From: Microthyrium microscopicum | Taxonomy: Eukaryota | Length of the DNA stretch: 64,000 bases | NCBI GenBank assembly: GCA_010405405.1 | Contig: MU004244.1 | Span: 623,895 to 687,894 of the forward strand | Direction of reading: 5' to 3' | In this document: piece after piece, positions 1-12,657 of the stretch | How the letters are laid out: the number at the start of each line of letters is the position of its first letter | Position numbering within the stretch: position 1 is the stretch's first letter | Notes under the pieces: model-generated | Told to the model about the DNA's origin: nothing | Database searches by the model: none | What the model saw: only the letters and a program-made list of their open reading frames with translations | Made by a program: the position numbers and the translations under genes

Positions 1-71
1 GCAACATAAGATGTTCAACGTCATGGTAGTTTATCAACGACAATCCAGATGTGTTTCCACTCTTGCGGTAC

Positions 72-1130
72 TTACCTCACGGCTGAGAGGAGTTTACAAA
101 ACGTCCGAACGAGCGCAAGCTGATTCTTACAGTTGTCCAAATCTTGCAACAGCCTAGGTGTGGCATAGGAATCTCGCTCAATATTGGGGCGTAAGACATT
201 ATCATGGGCCTTTTTGAGTTCGCTTTGAGAAAAGCTAGTCCTGTCGGTACAAAGGGACTCAATGTCGTTCCAATCAAGATTGAATTTGTCAGGGTCCACC
301 AATTCATCTTGGAAAATCCGGGATAGCAACTCGTAGGACTTCTGTATACCGGCAAGGTCCTTTTCAATCTTTTCAGGGTCGTCTAACTTTTGAGCGCCTC
401 TGTGGGTCTTTGTCGGCGGGTCCTCGTTTACCAAGTTTTCTGGCTCAGTGTCGAGAGTTGGCCCCTTGCAAATATCTTTCCATAACAACCTGATACTGCT
501 GGCATAGCTATTTTGGCGGTCACGCCAGAAGTACCTCATGTCAGATAACATGGAAGCAGGATCATTATTCCATTGTGAAGCAGGTGAATCATGCGAAGCC
601 GGTAGGTCTTTCTGATTGAACCAAGCTTCAAGCCTTTCCCTAAACATGTCGTCCTCCTCTTCCGGCCCATCATTTTTTGCAATCCATAGCTCTTGTTTAG
701 AGCCAGATAGCCTCAATGCCGTAGCAGTGACATGTTTGGCTGGTCTGTCAGTCAGTTTGACCCTTGCAAAGAGTAAAGCAAGGTAATCGAGCATCTCCCG
801 TTCTACCTCTCCTGCTGTGAGACCACCATTCATCTCCTTTTGTGAGTGCTTTAGAGTTGACCGGAAGCCTTGATTTTTTTCTTGGCGGCGCAGATATTGG
901 GCTGCTGCATAATATCCAAACTTGTCAAAACCTGGCAAATTCCAGACGAATTCATCGTTCTTCTCGGCTTTTGGTCTTCCTGCTTGAGGTTCTTGTCCCT
1001 GGAGAATGATTAGCCTTGCTCTGTTGCGATTTGGATCAAGGTTTAGGTGTGGCATAACAGGCTGTCTCACGTTGTTTAGAGATCGCTTTTGCTCCTCCGG
1101 ATTCTTCGGATCCCTGGATTTCTTTGGCAT
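72..1130 (-). CDS. Hypothetical protein, possibly OTT_1508-like deaminase family (first exon; gene probably continues past the window edge)
   Basis: 352-aa ORF. The segment LDYLALLFAR...HVTATAL...LWIAKNDG resembles, from memory, the N-terminal motif of fungal OTT_1508-like deaminase proteins. The ORF ends in a GTAAGT donor at ~75, so more exons probably lie downstream. Confidence 0.45.
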   Translation of the reverse strand: MPKKSRDPKNPEEQKRSLNNVRQPVMPHLNLDPNRNRARLIILQGQEPQAGRPKAEKNDEFVWNLPGFDKFGYYAAAQYLRRQEKNQGFRSTLKHSQKEMNGGLTAGEVEREMLDYLALLFARVKLTDRPAKHVTATALRLSGSKQELWIAKNDGPEEEDDMFRERLEAWFNQKDLPASHDSPASQWNNDPASMLSDMRYFWRDRQNSYASSIRLLWKDICKGPTLDTEPENLVNEDPPTKTHRGAQKLDDPEKIEKDLAGIQKSYELLSRIFQDELVDPDKFNLDWNDIESLCTDRTSFSQSELKKAHDNVLRPNIERDSYATPRLLQDLDNCKNQLALVRTFCKLLSAVR

Positions 1131-2762
1131 TATAACGGCCTAGGTAGGTCGGTATGTTTCAGATTGTCATGTGTCGGTAGTTCACCAAGTTGCTCGAGAG
1201 ACGTTCCTTTGAAATCTGCGGTCTGGTCGCACATCAAAGCAGACTGTTTTATACTACAAAAGTGCCGTGATCAGGCTGACATGGGTGTCCAGAGATGGCC
1301 GATTTAGTCAAAGGCTGCATGAAGGCGTAAGATTCTGCATACTGCATGCGCTGCGCCTCCAGTACTTTGTATCCAGCCGTGCTAGCATACATCACTTTGT
1401 CGTAGACTTGATGGCACAATAGTATGAAAATGCTGGTTACTAAATTCCTGCTTTACTTTTTAGCTTTGCTGCCTGTTCAAATGTTGGTCTAGATGCTACA
1501 TTTGAACTGTGAGCATATTTACATTAAGTACCTACGGTATGTACCCTATTTCAGATCTTTCAGACTGTGCCGAAAAGAAACTGCAACTACATATCTCCAG
1601 CACGCAGCTATATTGGAATGCTGTCACCATCTTCAGTTCTCTTGGGCCTTTCTACTCATCTTATAGCACCAGTTGGATCTCCTATGTTCCGCCATCGAGC
1701 TCTTCGTTATAATTTCGTGCCTGATCTCACGAGTATTTACTACGAGATATATCTTTGAGCTTACTCAAGCATTACTCTACACAACCACAAGCCGAGCAAC
1801 CCCGAGTTATCGCATCATCTTCTCCCCAGTATCATCTTCTCGAAGATCCCATCCCTCCTTTTACCATCAAAAAAAAAAAGAAACCGTGGAACAAATCAGT
1901 CTCTGAAGGAGTGCAGTATCAATTATCAACGCAATAGTAGTAAACCCCAATGATAACTCACAGCTTACTACCTAGTCTTACCTAAAGACAGCTCTAGATT
2001 CTTCTCTTTTCACTACCTGCTAGTTGCAATATCAAACCCCTCACCACCTTTTTAGATTCTGTTTATCAACACATCTCATTGCAAGCCAAAGAGAAACAAC
2101 CGCAAAGGCGAATGAAGAATTGCTCGAAATCAGCGGAGCCATCACAGTACTTAGCTTTTGGACGGCAGCCCCGAAACTAGTGGTTATCGCCAGGAAAACA
2201 TCCACTCAAACAATCCTGAGTCTGCAAGTTCCTTCTTGTTTCCCACTGTACCTGGAAATTTTGGCATACTGCTTCATGGCAGATTCCATAAAGACAGCGC
2301 CTATCTCTTAGTAACCTCCCACCTAAGATGAGCGCCACCTAGCAGCTCTTTTCCCTCAACAAAGAAATTCATGTGCACAAGCTCTCCTGTTCTTGTCTAG
2401 CAGGGGGTCAGAGAACCAGAACAGGCTAAGGAGGAGAAACATACTTCTAGGGACAGTAAATACACAAGTACAAGTGAACTGCTGCTTAAAATCTGTTCGG
2501 CGAATGGTACAACCAAAAAATAAGCCTTTACTCAAGAATAATCGATCTTATAAACACGCCTTCGTGTAGTCGATAGAGTCAAAATCAACCCTTCAGTATT
2601 CTCTCTCGGTTGATATATCCTTTGCCCAACAGTTCAATATGGCCAAAGATGACACACCGGTTTCTGGTGAGCACTCCATCTTTGCTCCAGCTATGTGTTC
2701 TTCAATATAACAATTTCAAAGCCGCGCTGGTTACCCTCACCCGAGATGATAACAAGTACACC

Positions 2763-3150
2763 ATGACTCAGGTCCCTATGACCTGCTACGACGCTCCAGC
2801 CGATGGAAAGAATACAATGGAGATCGATTGGGCGTCGGGGCCCGTTATGGTAGGCAGCAATGTTTGCCTAGGTAGTCAGGATTTTGACCACTAAATTTCC
2901 TTAGTTGAGCGGATACTTGGACACGGACGACTTTGGTATAACTTTGAAACTAGTGGTCAACGGCATGTCAACAGGCAAGCTTACTGGTAATATGAAGGAC
3001 GGGCTATGGGTGTATGTTAATACTTTCACTACGAAGGGATCTACGGCGTTGTATTTGAAGAATGGGTCAGAGTTATGAATTCACTTGGATCTTAGAGTCA
3101 CATTCAGCGACCGCGAGTTTCAAGGAGATTACAAGGTTGTTTCGCTTTGA
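2763..3150 (+). pseudogene. Small two-exon beta-rich fungal protein gene with an in-frame TGA
   Basis: ATG 2763, intron 2850-2904 (GTAGGC...CTAAA...TAG). Spliced product is MTQVPMTC...GPVM/LSGYLDTDDF...GNMKDG...LYLKNGSEL*IHLDLRVTF...GDYKVVSL*. TGA at 3076-3078 interrupts a frame that continues to 3150. Confidence 0.5.
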
Positions 3151-3962
3151 ATATAGATGGATTGAGCTTCGCTGGTTGTGCGTAAGCTTGGAAAAGGTTC
3201 CTGCTGACTGGTTTACTTCAATTGTCTCTGAGCTCTATTAACAACCGCAATCATGTCATAGCCGAATATTTGACTTCTCAAACGCTTCTCACTGCAACAT
3301 GTTTTCCATCTTCTTCACCCCTGAGTTTAGGTATTCAGCTGGTCCTTGTTTTGAACGAGCAAATTCTTACTAGGTCCTATACGGCAATATCACCAAAATG
3401 AATTTCGCTTCCATTCCTAGGAACTGGAAGATGTCATGATCAGTGCTGTTACGTAACTGCAGCAGATTACTTAAAAACCGTGTTCACTTGACATTTTGGT
3501 TAGCCAAGGTCCTAAGTTTAACTGAATGCCTCTTCTCGATGTAGTGTAATCAGCCTTTTTCTGCCTGGTACATAACACGCTCTTTTGACCATTGACTTGG
3601 TTTATAATAAGGGCCTAGAAATATCGAAAAAGGCCCCAAGACTTTACTGGTCACAATGTGTTCTTATAAAAAGTAGTCTTTACTGAACTCAATGTATGAC
3701 AAACCTGACCGGTTTCACGCGGGCATATCAACAGGGCGCGTGGGCGGAACGTTCGGAGTTATTGCATCATTCTTTTCTGGTGTCATTCTGCCAACATTCC
3801 CTTCAATCTTGACGTAGCGATGAATGAATACATCATACATTATCAACGCGACATTAGTAGCCGGGAAATTTGGGGACTCTTATATTCCTCTGACGCAGCA
3901 CGCTAGTATGGGACATCTCGTTACCCTTTGATTTCTCAAATTCTCCAAACACAAAAGTTATC

Positions 3963-4403
3963 ATGGCTGAACCAAAAGAACCTGTCACAAGGTTGAACAA
4001 AAAGCTGTTCGAAAAACCAGAGAACTCTTTGGAAGCAAATATAGACGCACTAGTCAATAATAAGGATTACGACAAAATAACCAGGAGTCCTGACAACACC
4101 AACGAGGACCAAAGAGCCATTGCAGCTGCAAATAGCTCTGTGAAGTACGAAACATCGAAAAACCTCAACAATACCTTGGTAACGATACTGCTCGACGATT
4201 ACGCCGCCGATGTTGCTGCCGGTTCACCACATCCAATTCGTTATGTGCTTTACGATCGTGCGTATCGCTCAGACATATTTTACCTCATCAAGAAACCCGT
4301 CGATATCCCGACATTGAAGGTTAGTCTCAGTCCTTGTTACTTTGTCTTTCGAACCTACAGTGCTCAATATTCGAGAGTTCCAAAGTACTTTGTTCTGGGC
4401 TGA
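3963..4403 (+). CDS. Hypothetical protein (3' end uncertain, likely intron from ~4320)
   Basis: 146-aa ATG ORF with protein-like composition; GTTAGT donor at 4320 and CTACAG acceptor at ~4359. Confidence 0.45.
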   Translation: MAEPKEPVTRLNKKLFEKPENSLEANIDALVNNKDYDKITRSPDNTNEDQRAIAAANSSVKYETSKNLNNTLVTILLDDYAADVAAGSPHPIRYVLYDRAYRSDIFYLIKKPVDIPTLKVSLSPCYFVFRTYSAQYSRVPKYFVLG

Positions 4404-4700
4404 AAAAATGCAGAAATCACTCCATGTATCGTTCGAAGCACGCAAAACAAGTCTGACGTATAGTGATGATGTTCTCGAGGTTTGGGCTTGATTCAGTCTT
4501 CCTCGTGGTCCTGACACTATCATTGTTCGCCAGGATTAATGCTCTTCACGTCTATAGCGCACTGTCCGATCGAAGGATGAAGCTCAACGAGCTTAAAGTC
4601 CCCCAAGTCATGGAAAAGAATACATGCATACAGTGCGAGCCATTTTAGTGAACTTATACCATGAAAGCACAAAGGATACTTTTCTTGTCCATCCATATAA

Positions 4701-6238
4701 CTAATGCAAAGTTTTGATGATCTTGAGCAAGTCTCCAGTCACGCCCATCGCAGTGACATCGCCACCAGCACTATTCTCATCAGCTACTGTCGAAACAAGA
4801 AATCTTTCGACTTACCCAGCGCCCTGGATGATAAGCGGGTTATCACCATACCGTTCAGTATAGAAGCTGATAATGTTATCGCTCCCCTTGAGCGCTGCAA
4901 TCGGATGACTCTTCTCAAATCTATACCCGTTAGCAAAACGTCCCCCTTTCAGAAAACACATACTTCTCCAATCCAACCTTGACCTGCCCACCCACAACGT
5001 CCACACTGCCCACGAACCGTAGTACCTTGCCTTCCTTCGCAGCATCATTCTTCAGCGTCTCCATCTCACCATCAAACTTCTTCATGCCCTCTAGATACGC
5101 TTCCGCACTCTCCGCACCTTCAAGCTCTTTCGGTACCAAGCTCTGGGTCGGGAAAGCCTCCGCATCTCTAACCTTCAGTCCGGCCAACCGTGCCAAAATC
5201 GTGCACTTCCTCGCGACATCTAATCCATTGAGATCATCCCGCGGATCCGGCTCCGTATACCCCAAATTTCGCGCCTTGCTCACACACGCACTGAAACTCG
5301 GTCCTGCCTCTCCGGACACTGGATTCCACTGGTTGAAGAGATAGCTCATTGTGCCTGAGAACACACCCTCAATCTTCTTCACTTTGTCTCCTGTGCCTAC
5401 GAGCTCTGTGAGTGTACTCAAAATCGGCAATCCAGCACCTACAATCCGTCAGTATAACGCTTCGAGATAGACCATTCGGTCATTCGTGGTGCAAATGTAG
5501 ATCATCTTTTGGAAACCATCGCATTCAGTTAGGCCCATAGCACTCGATCAGAGACAGGTTCTATGGTAGCCATCGAATGCGATGGGGTTCATCAAGCACC
5601 GCAATAGGAACATCTCGCGGAAGTGAAAAGCTCCAGGATTTCTTTTGTCTTTGATCACATCCTGTGAGCAATGGTAGCCACCAGGTGTCTTGCCGTTATG
5701 GGATATTGTCAAAGAGATGTAAGGAAAACCTACCCACACTGCTCTCATGCAGCACTTGCCCACCACCCACACTCGACGCAGCCGCAACAATGCGCTCCCA
5801 CAGATCCTCAGCCCCACTGAACGCCTTCTTATTCGGCGTCACCACATTGACGCCTTTACTTAGGAAGGTGGGATAGCTCTCTGCAACGACATTGCTCGCC
5901 GTATTATCCACCAACACTGCTGGCGCCGGTGCCGCTGCTAGCCACGCAGCCAAGTCACTAAGAGCCAGAGGTGCGGGTGCATTGGATAGATCAGCAGGCA
6001 GCGCGAGGGGTGTGTAGTCAGGAGATTGTAGTGCGGAAGTGGAGCGCGATAGGTAGATAAGTGAAAGAGCTGTTGGAGTCGGTGCGGCAGCGAGACGGGT
6101 GGAGAGCGTGGCGAGTTGGGAGAGGAAGGCTTTGCCTACGCCGCCGGTACCTGGAGAATTATTAGTATGGAGCTTTTCAATGGTAGGATGGGAGAGAAGA
6201 ATACCGATTACGGCGATGAGAACTTGGCGGGGTGGCAT
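4701..6238 (-). CDS. HOM6: Homoserine dehydrogenase (5 exons)
   Basis: Motifs G-T-GGVG (NAD binding), VVTPNKKA, HESSVG/AGLPI, EGVFSGTMSY, GYTEPDPRDDLNGLDVARK and IQGAGAGGDVTAMGV. Introns include a long one at 5439-5733. Confidence 0.95.
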
Positions 6239-6642
6239 TGCGTTTGTGCTGATGGGATACGGTGATATGCGATTGTGTGGGTTTTATGCTTAGAGGAGAC
6301 GGTGATTGTCGGCAAGTGTAAATGGCAGACAGGAGTGATATCAAATCCCGAGAGAAGCAAAAGCCGGCGCGAGAAATTTCTGGTGTTTAATTGTGAGCCC
6401 CGCAATATCAACAGAGCCCCACGTTAGCTTACCGTAGCACGTCACTCAAGAACTCAGGGGTATTGTTTACAGTGTGCCCCACAAAGGGCTAAGTATTCTT
6501 CATTAGCTATTAAACATGAATACACCAGTCAGTATGTAAGAATCGCTAGTCAAGATAGCTTCGTATCCAATATCTCATGAAGCCATCCAAAGCAGCCATA
6601 AAGCATGGATCAAGAAAGAATTGGGCAAAGTGCAATCGACTA

Positions 6643-8986
6643 CTAGTCAAGCTCAGTGCCAGGTTCATCCAGTCCAAGTCGAGCCTTCAAGTCGCGTTTG
6701 AGATCGTCAATACTCATCGTCATGAATTTTCGCTCTCGAATTGGATTGGCACCGATCTTGAAAACCCGTAGACCTTCCATAGTTCCAATGAGCGAATCGA
6801 GGCGTGAGAAGTCGTTGCCAGTGAAATCGACGGTACGTAGACCTGACAGAGAAGTGAAGCCTTCAGGGATGGTAGATATCTTGTTGTCCTCTGCGTAGAG
6901 AGTCATGAGTGATGTCCAATCTGACATAGGAGGTAGAGATGTGATTCGATTATAGTTGATGTTGAGCTCTTTCAGAGAGGGTAGAGTCAATGGTCCATAT
7001 GATAGTGCGATGAGTGAATTGACAGAAACGTCCAAAGATTGGAGACGAGGCATTGAAGTGTTTGCGTCGGTGAATAAGGTTCCGGATAGATGGTTCTTCA
7101 TTGCATTGAGAGATACGAGTGATGTTTTGGCGAGTGACTCCATAGGTAGAGAGTCAATCTGGTTATTGGAGATGTTTAGAATGCGGAGATGAATCAATTC
7201 TCCAATCTCGGCTGGAAGAGAGATGAGCTTGTTTCCTTGCACTTCTAGCACTTCGAGTTGTGTTAGATTTGAAATTGAAGAGCTCAGTTCACCTGCAGAG
7301 TGTTAGTCAAAGTCAAGATGATCTACAAGAACAGAACTCACCAGTCAATGCGTTGTCGGTGATCCGTAGCTCTTTGAGAGAAGAGATTTGTGCGATTGTC
7401 TCGAATGAATCATTCATCAATTGATTTCGTGACTAGTTCTATTAGCTTGAACTCCAGAAAACGTTTCTCGGGAGACTTACCAGATTCAAAGACGTGAGCT
7501 GTGTCAGACGTCTCAACCCTGGAGGAACGTCAAAGAGAAGATTCCCATGCAAATCCAAATGCTCAAGACCACCAAATTGAGGACCCAGAGAATCGTCATC
7601 ATCAGCTAGATTATTCATATCGATATCAGGGAAGACTTCGCCAGGAATAGACTCAAGCTCATTGTCAGCAGCGATGAATTTGGTAAGGTTCATGACCTCT
7701 CCCCAAGCAATCCCGCTCTGGTCCTTGTTGTATTCATAATCGTACATTTTGAGGACTTCTTCTGGAATTTCTTTCAGACTCATACCCGCAATGTTGAGGC
7801 GGCCTTCGGAGCGAGCAGTGTCCACCCGACGTCGCATGACCAATTTGCCTCCTTTGGGCTGAAGGTTGAATGGATCGTCGTTCAGATCAGCCTCGAATCC
7901 AGTTGAGTCTGGCACTATCGCGACGTCAGATCCTTCCGGACGCTCACTGAGGGACTTTTTCGCGGCCTTGGCAGCTCGAATCTGATCTCTCAGTGCCGAT
8001 GAGGATTTCGCAGCGTTAGCAGGAGGTTTCGGTTTTCCGTCTTTTGGTGTAGGGGCATCGTTCGGTCCATTAAAGACTCCAGCAAGAGCAGGGCGTGGTT
8101 TAGTAGGTCGAGCCGCAACAGTTTTGCTTCCACCCAATGGTCGTTTGGCCGCAGGTTTTGTAGTTGAAGTCGGCTTAGTACCTGCCAGAGACGGTCTAGC
8201 CTGAGCAGTACTCACGCTTCGCTTTCCCGCCGCATTCCCCGGTCCAACCGACTGTCGTGATCGCGAAGTTCCCGCCACGTTTTGAAGACGAGTTAGTGCT
8301 GGAGTTTTCGGAACTGGTGGCATGTCATCTTGATCCCCCCAGCTTCTAACACCAACTGCAGACGATGGCCGTGGGGCCATTGGACTATCTGGGTTGAAGA
8401 AGCTTGAACGTCGGCGCTTAGCCGGAGTGGGTGGGAGTTTTGATATTGATTCCACTGCTCGCTCGGCCAAAGAGAGACGAGTATTTACACCAATCTCCGG
8501 AGCCTCCGGCGATTCATGAGGTGCCTCGATTGGTGTATCATCGGATCGGAAGCCAGCGCGAGAGGAGGCTCGAGAAGCGGATCTGAAGCTATCAAGATCG
8601 CCAAGAGTATCGTCTCCTTCTGTTTTGATGGTAGATGATGTAGATATTATGCTGTTTCTAGCAACATTTCGAGTACGGGATGTAGAAGATTTAGTCTGGC
8701 TCGTCTGACTGGTCTGTGAGGTGGGACGGGGAAATCGAGGAACGGGGGGTTTGGCGGGACGCTTGAAAGTTGCAGGTTGTGAGGGTGTGGTTGAAATCCG
8801 ACGCGAATTCGATGCAGGTTGACGTGTCTTTATGGCATCAATCGATGGCTTTGGTCGCAAAGGGATTTGTTGTGTTGTTGCAGGTTTAGGGGCGGGTTTG
8901 GGAGCAGCCGCCTTTGGTATCGGGAGACGGGAAAGACGCGGAATTCCTGTTGGACGCGCAGTGGGAATGTTGGCCGAATCAGCCAT
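6643..8986 (-). CDS. Conserved fungal leucine-rich-repeat protein with a long disordered N-terminus (multi-exon)
   Basis: ORFs 7442-9010 and 6643-7251 joined through a small exon at ~7343-7435; many LxxLxLxxNxL repeats. Probable start MADSANIP at 8986. Confidence 0.85.
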
Positions 8987-9455
8987 GTTGGAATATTGGC
9001 GATAGTACAATTGGCATAACCAGGAGAGATGGTGTTTGTTGTTGTGGGTTGGGAGTGTATTTGGGTTGGGAGAGAGATGGCAATCTTGATGTTGTAGCTG
9101 TGTTTGGCAAAGCTTAAGGAGGTTACTTTGGTTTGGCTAGTGATGCCATTGAACGCTTGGTCCATGTACATCAGAATTACGCACGGTCCAATACAGTATT
9201 GCAGGTGAAGAAGTCGTGCCTCATATTCTTTCCATGAATTAATCATGTTGAAATCAGACATGTCAGAAGCATGGCAATTGGTTTGTTATAGGTACATGGC
9301 CCGGCCTTGGCGAGAAGTAGTCAGGTCTAGATCATGGTAAATTCATAATGACAGATTTAATTGTCTGACAATCTAAGATTCCAGGAAATCAGGATAATAA
9401 ATTCTGTCACCCTGACGAAGGACGGCCATCTCCATCTCATGTCTTGCATTAACTT

Positions 9456-10169
9456 TCAGTAATAGCCACAAGTAGTCCATGTCGCCCTCACTAGAGTTGG
9501 ACATATCATGTTGGCCGTACAGTTTGCATCTTCGTGTAAAATGTGGTTCAGAAGAACTTTCTCGCAGTGCATAGTATGTTTCCAATGTGATAAGTCGCTG
9601 TCGATTGGTAGATGATCGAGCAGTACTCCATGCATCTTTCGCCACATATATGTGCAATGAATCTGGTGGTAACTTCGTGGTGCAAATGCTTGTGGGTGAT
9701 CGCCCCGAAAGAGTTGCTCCATGGGAATTTTGTTCTGCAGTTTGGGATCAGAGTACCATGCCCAGTCATTTCGCTTCATGAAGTCGTCCAAAAGATCTTC
9801 ATGATAGCACTCTGGCCTAACCCAAATGTAGCTCATGGGGTCAAAAACGCAGCCATGTGCTCGGGCTTCTTCGATAGTTTTGTTGCTGCCACAAGTGCCG
9901 AGCTCGATTCCCGTGGGGAAGAGGTGAACATGCTTCTGCAACTTCCAGGTTTGAAAGGCCGTCCAGCATATCAAGGCGAAGGCAAAGACGGCCAGGCCAC
10001 AGAGTACAAATCTGTAGAGCCGATGAGAAGCTCTGGCAGTGCGGTTCTTGTGCCAACCCTCTGCGTCAGTGGAGGTAATCAAAGGCGCCGTGCTGGAGTC
10101 GAGATAAGTCGCTTTATCGAGTGTGATTGTTGAATCGGTGGACGTTCGGTAATCACTGGCAGTGGCCAT
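9456..10169 (-). CDS. HxxHC-HxxHC (DUF3328-related, PhomB-like subtype) RiPP tailoring protein Y1
   Basis: Intronless. N-terminal TM helix (FVLCGLAVFAFALICW), CG...EEARAHGCVFDPMSYIW, HQIHCTYMWRKMH and HTMHC motifs. Probable start MATASDY at 10169. Confidence 0.8.
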   Translation of the reverse strand: MATASDYRTSTDSTITLDKATYLDSSTAPLITSTDAEGWHKNRTARASHRLYRFVLCGLAVFAFALICWTAFQTWKLQKHVHLFPTGIELGTCGSNKTIEEARAHGCVFDPMSYIWVRPECYHEDLLDDFMKRNDWAWYSDPKLQNKIPMEQLFRGDHPQAFAPRSYHQIHCTYMWRKMHGVLLDHLPIDSDLSHWKHTMHCEKVLLNHILHEDANCTANMICPTLVRATWTTCGYY

Positions 10170-10777
10170 TGTCAATAATTGGTAAGGATATAGAGTGTTC
10201 AAACTTGAGTGACTAAGAAACAAATCTGCGAGCTCCCGTCCAGTGTCACGGCGCAGAGGCATTAAAGGAGAAGACTCGAGCACAACAGACTGCTATGGAA
10301 ATAGAACTGGCGGATTCACTGCGCCGCAGGAAATTTTGACGGATCACCTTGCAGGATGAGGATCCATATTATGGGTAGCAACAGATCTACGAGTTATGCA
10401 ACGCCGCACAAAGCAAATGAAGTCGACAGACTATCAGAATTACCAGGGACCTCAGGAGCAGGATGAAGAGGATCTATATAACCCCGGTTATCACCCCATG
10501 TTTGAGTGCTCACATATCAAATCATTGCATGCGTCAACCGGCTTAGACACAGAGGCTTCTAGGATTGCCCTGCCTTACCTGCTTCTGCCCTGCCATTACA
10601 GCTAACGTCACTTCAATGGCAATAAGGCTGGCTGTGCCGCAAATGTTGGGCCACTCAATCAAGAAGATAGAACCGTCAAGAATAGCCATTCTGTCGAGCT
10701 GGCTTCTGGGGTCATTAAGGTTTTATCTCGACTTTTCATTACTTCGTTGCACATTTGCCTTCTGACGGAAAGATATT

Positions 10778-11861
10778 ATGGAGAAATTGTCATCTGCCTT
10801 ACCAAAGCGATTGTTCCATGGCGAATACCATAGACTACCTCTGCACGAAGAGCCGCGTACTTATACAGACAATTCTGTTCACAGGCTGGGTGGAAACGAT
10901 CGCAAAAACTGGCGGCAGGTTGCTGAACGAGTGCTTCCATGGCTACTTGTTTTAACATTCGCCTGCACAACGATTGCCCTTCTAGTTTCTAGCAGCTCCG
11001 AAGCTTCGGATAGCTGTAAAGAACGGAAAGGCTGGACAACAGACTTTAGTATGTTCTTAGATCTGCCGATCGAGGCTTTCCTCCTGACGCTGTAGTGCCT
11101 GCTACACCGGCGATTGAACATGAAATTGTCTACTTTAGTGGAAGTCCTGCGATTGCGGAGAATGGATCACTATTTATACCGAACCCAGATCCAGTGCGAT
11201 ATATTGGAGAACCCAATGCTGAAGTTGACAAGAACTGGGATGAGCTTACTTGGGGTGAATCTCTCTTCCTCGTTCCCTAATATTAACTAAAAGATCCTAG
11301 GCCGTTATTTCTTGATTACTGAGGATGAAGCGAAGTCAGCTTGGGGAGACGACGTAGGAGAGTTCTGGGATGAAAAACAAGGCGGATACGTGGCAGGGTA
11401 ATGTTCAATATTCCAGCCGTTGTGCCTCCATTTTAGCCACTGACTTCTCAAAGCATCGATATGTTTCATACGCTTCACTGTGTGGTAAGTAGAGCCCTGA
11501 AATCAACAACTCTTATTAATTGAAAGAGCAGGACCAGATAAGGAAACTTCTGCATGCGCCGCATTACAACATTACAATTTCCACGAATACTGCCCTCCAT
11601 CGTGATCATTGTTTGGAGCAAATTCGGCAGTATATTATGTGTGCTGGGGTAAGTCCTTGCGAAAAAAAGGAGTTTAGCATGTCACTAACATGCTTGTAGG
11701 ATTTGACGCCAATTCCGACAAAGTTTTATTCAGGACTGGGTCGGAACTACGTAGACTCGGACTACCCTCACACCTGTCGAAACTTCCAGAAGCTGCACGA
11801 CTGGGTCCTTGATAGATATGAGGGAGCATCCGCTGTACACAGTACAACCCAGGGACCGTAG
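10778..11861 (+). CDS. DUF3328/UstYa-family oxidase Y2 (6 exons)
   Basis: Spliced by eye: TM helix (VLPWLLVLTFACTTIALLV), GEPNAEVDKNWDEL, IDMFHTLHCV, HRDHCLEQIRQYIMCAG/DLTPIP, HTCRNFQKLHDW; stop TAG 11859-11861. Canonical UstYa signature with GT-AG introns. Confidence 0.92.
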
Positions 11862-12549
11862 AATCATACTGGTATCTTAATTAGTGACTCGAATACGCTG
11901 GTATATCGTCTATCTAGCTCTGTTAGGGTCTTAGAAGACTATATTGTCAATTTCAGTAGTCTAGTAAGCTTTGTGAGGCTTTAAGCGGCATACCTCAGGT
12001 CAATTTCTTCTTCAACCTCCTTGTGTGTGCTTGAGCTTGATTCTCATTGTATGAAATTGACTTGATTGGAAGAAGCTTGGAGCTATGTCGCCAGTTTCCT
12101 AAAGCAACCTATATCGTATTCAATTAAACCTTATTTTTATTACTCCAAGCAAAGGTGAACTGAATGTACTCGCCTCCTAGTGTGATAAAAATGTCTTTTC
12201 GTGAGACTAGAGCATCCTTTCTCGAGTCATATCACTAGAGAGTATCAACTACATAAAAACACATATACCTAGTCCTGGATGTGCTGGCTACCAGGTTGGC
12301 AATCCTAAATACCTACCCGGGCAGGTAGTCTCATACGCATTAGAGCATGCGGCACAGCTATGTGAGTCTCGGCGAGATGGAGCTTAGGCCAGAGGATATT
12401 GCTTAGCGGATGCACATTACATGTTTAGAGCTGCCTATTCTAGTTCGGGATGCATACTCAACACGAGTCCTACTGCTCCTGCACAACCAGTGCGGCGAAC
12501 TTGGAGAATTAGGCCCAATCTAGATACTATTGTTTGTAAGATTTGTTGG

Positions 12550-12557
12550 TATATATA
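12550..12557 (+). promoter_or_regulatory. Putative TATA element of the precursor gene
   Basis: TATATATA about 100 bp upstream of the ATG at 12658, followed by a CA-rich leader ending CAACATG. Confidence 0.4.
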
Positions 12558-12657
12558 TCAGCATATGGCTCAATGAATCAGTTGGCCATACACAAAACTA
12601 AAGCCATTCAAAATCTCATTACCAATAGTCCAACTAAACACCCAGTTCTTGATCAAC

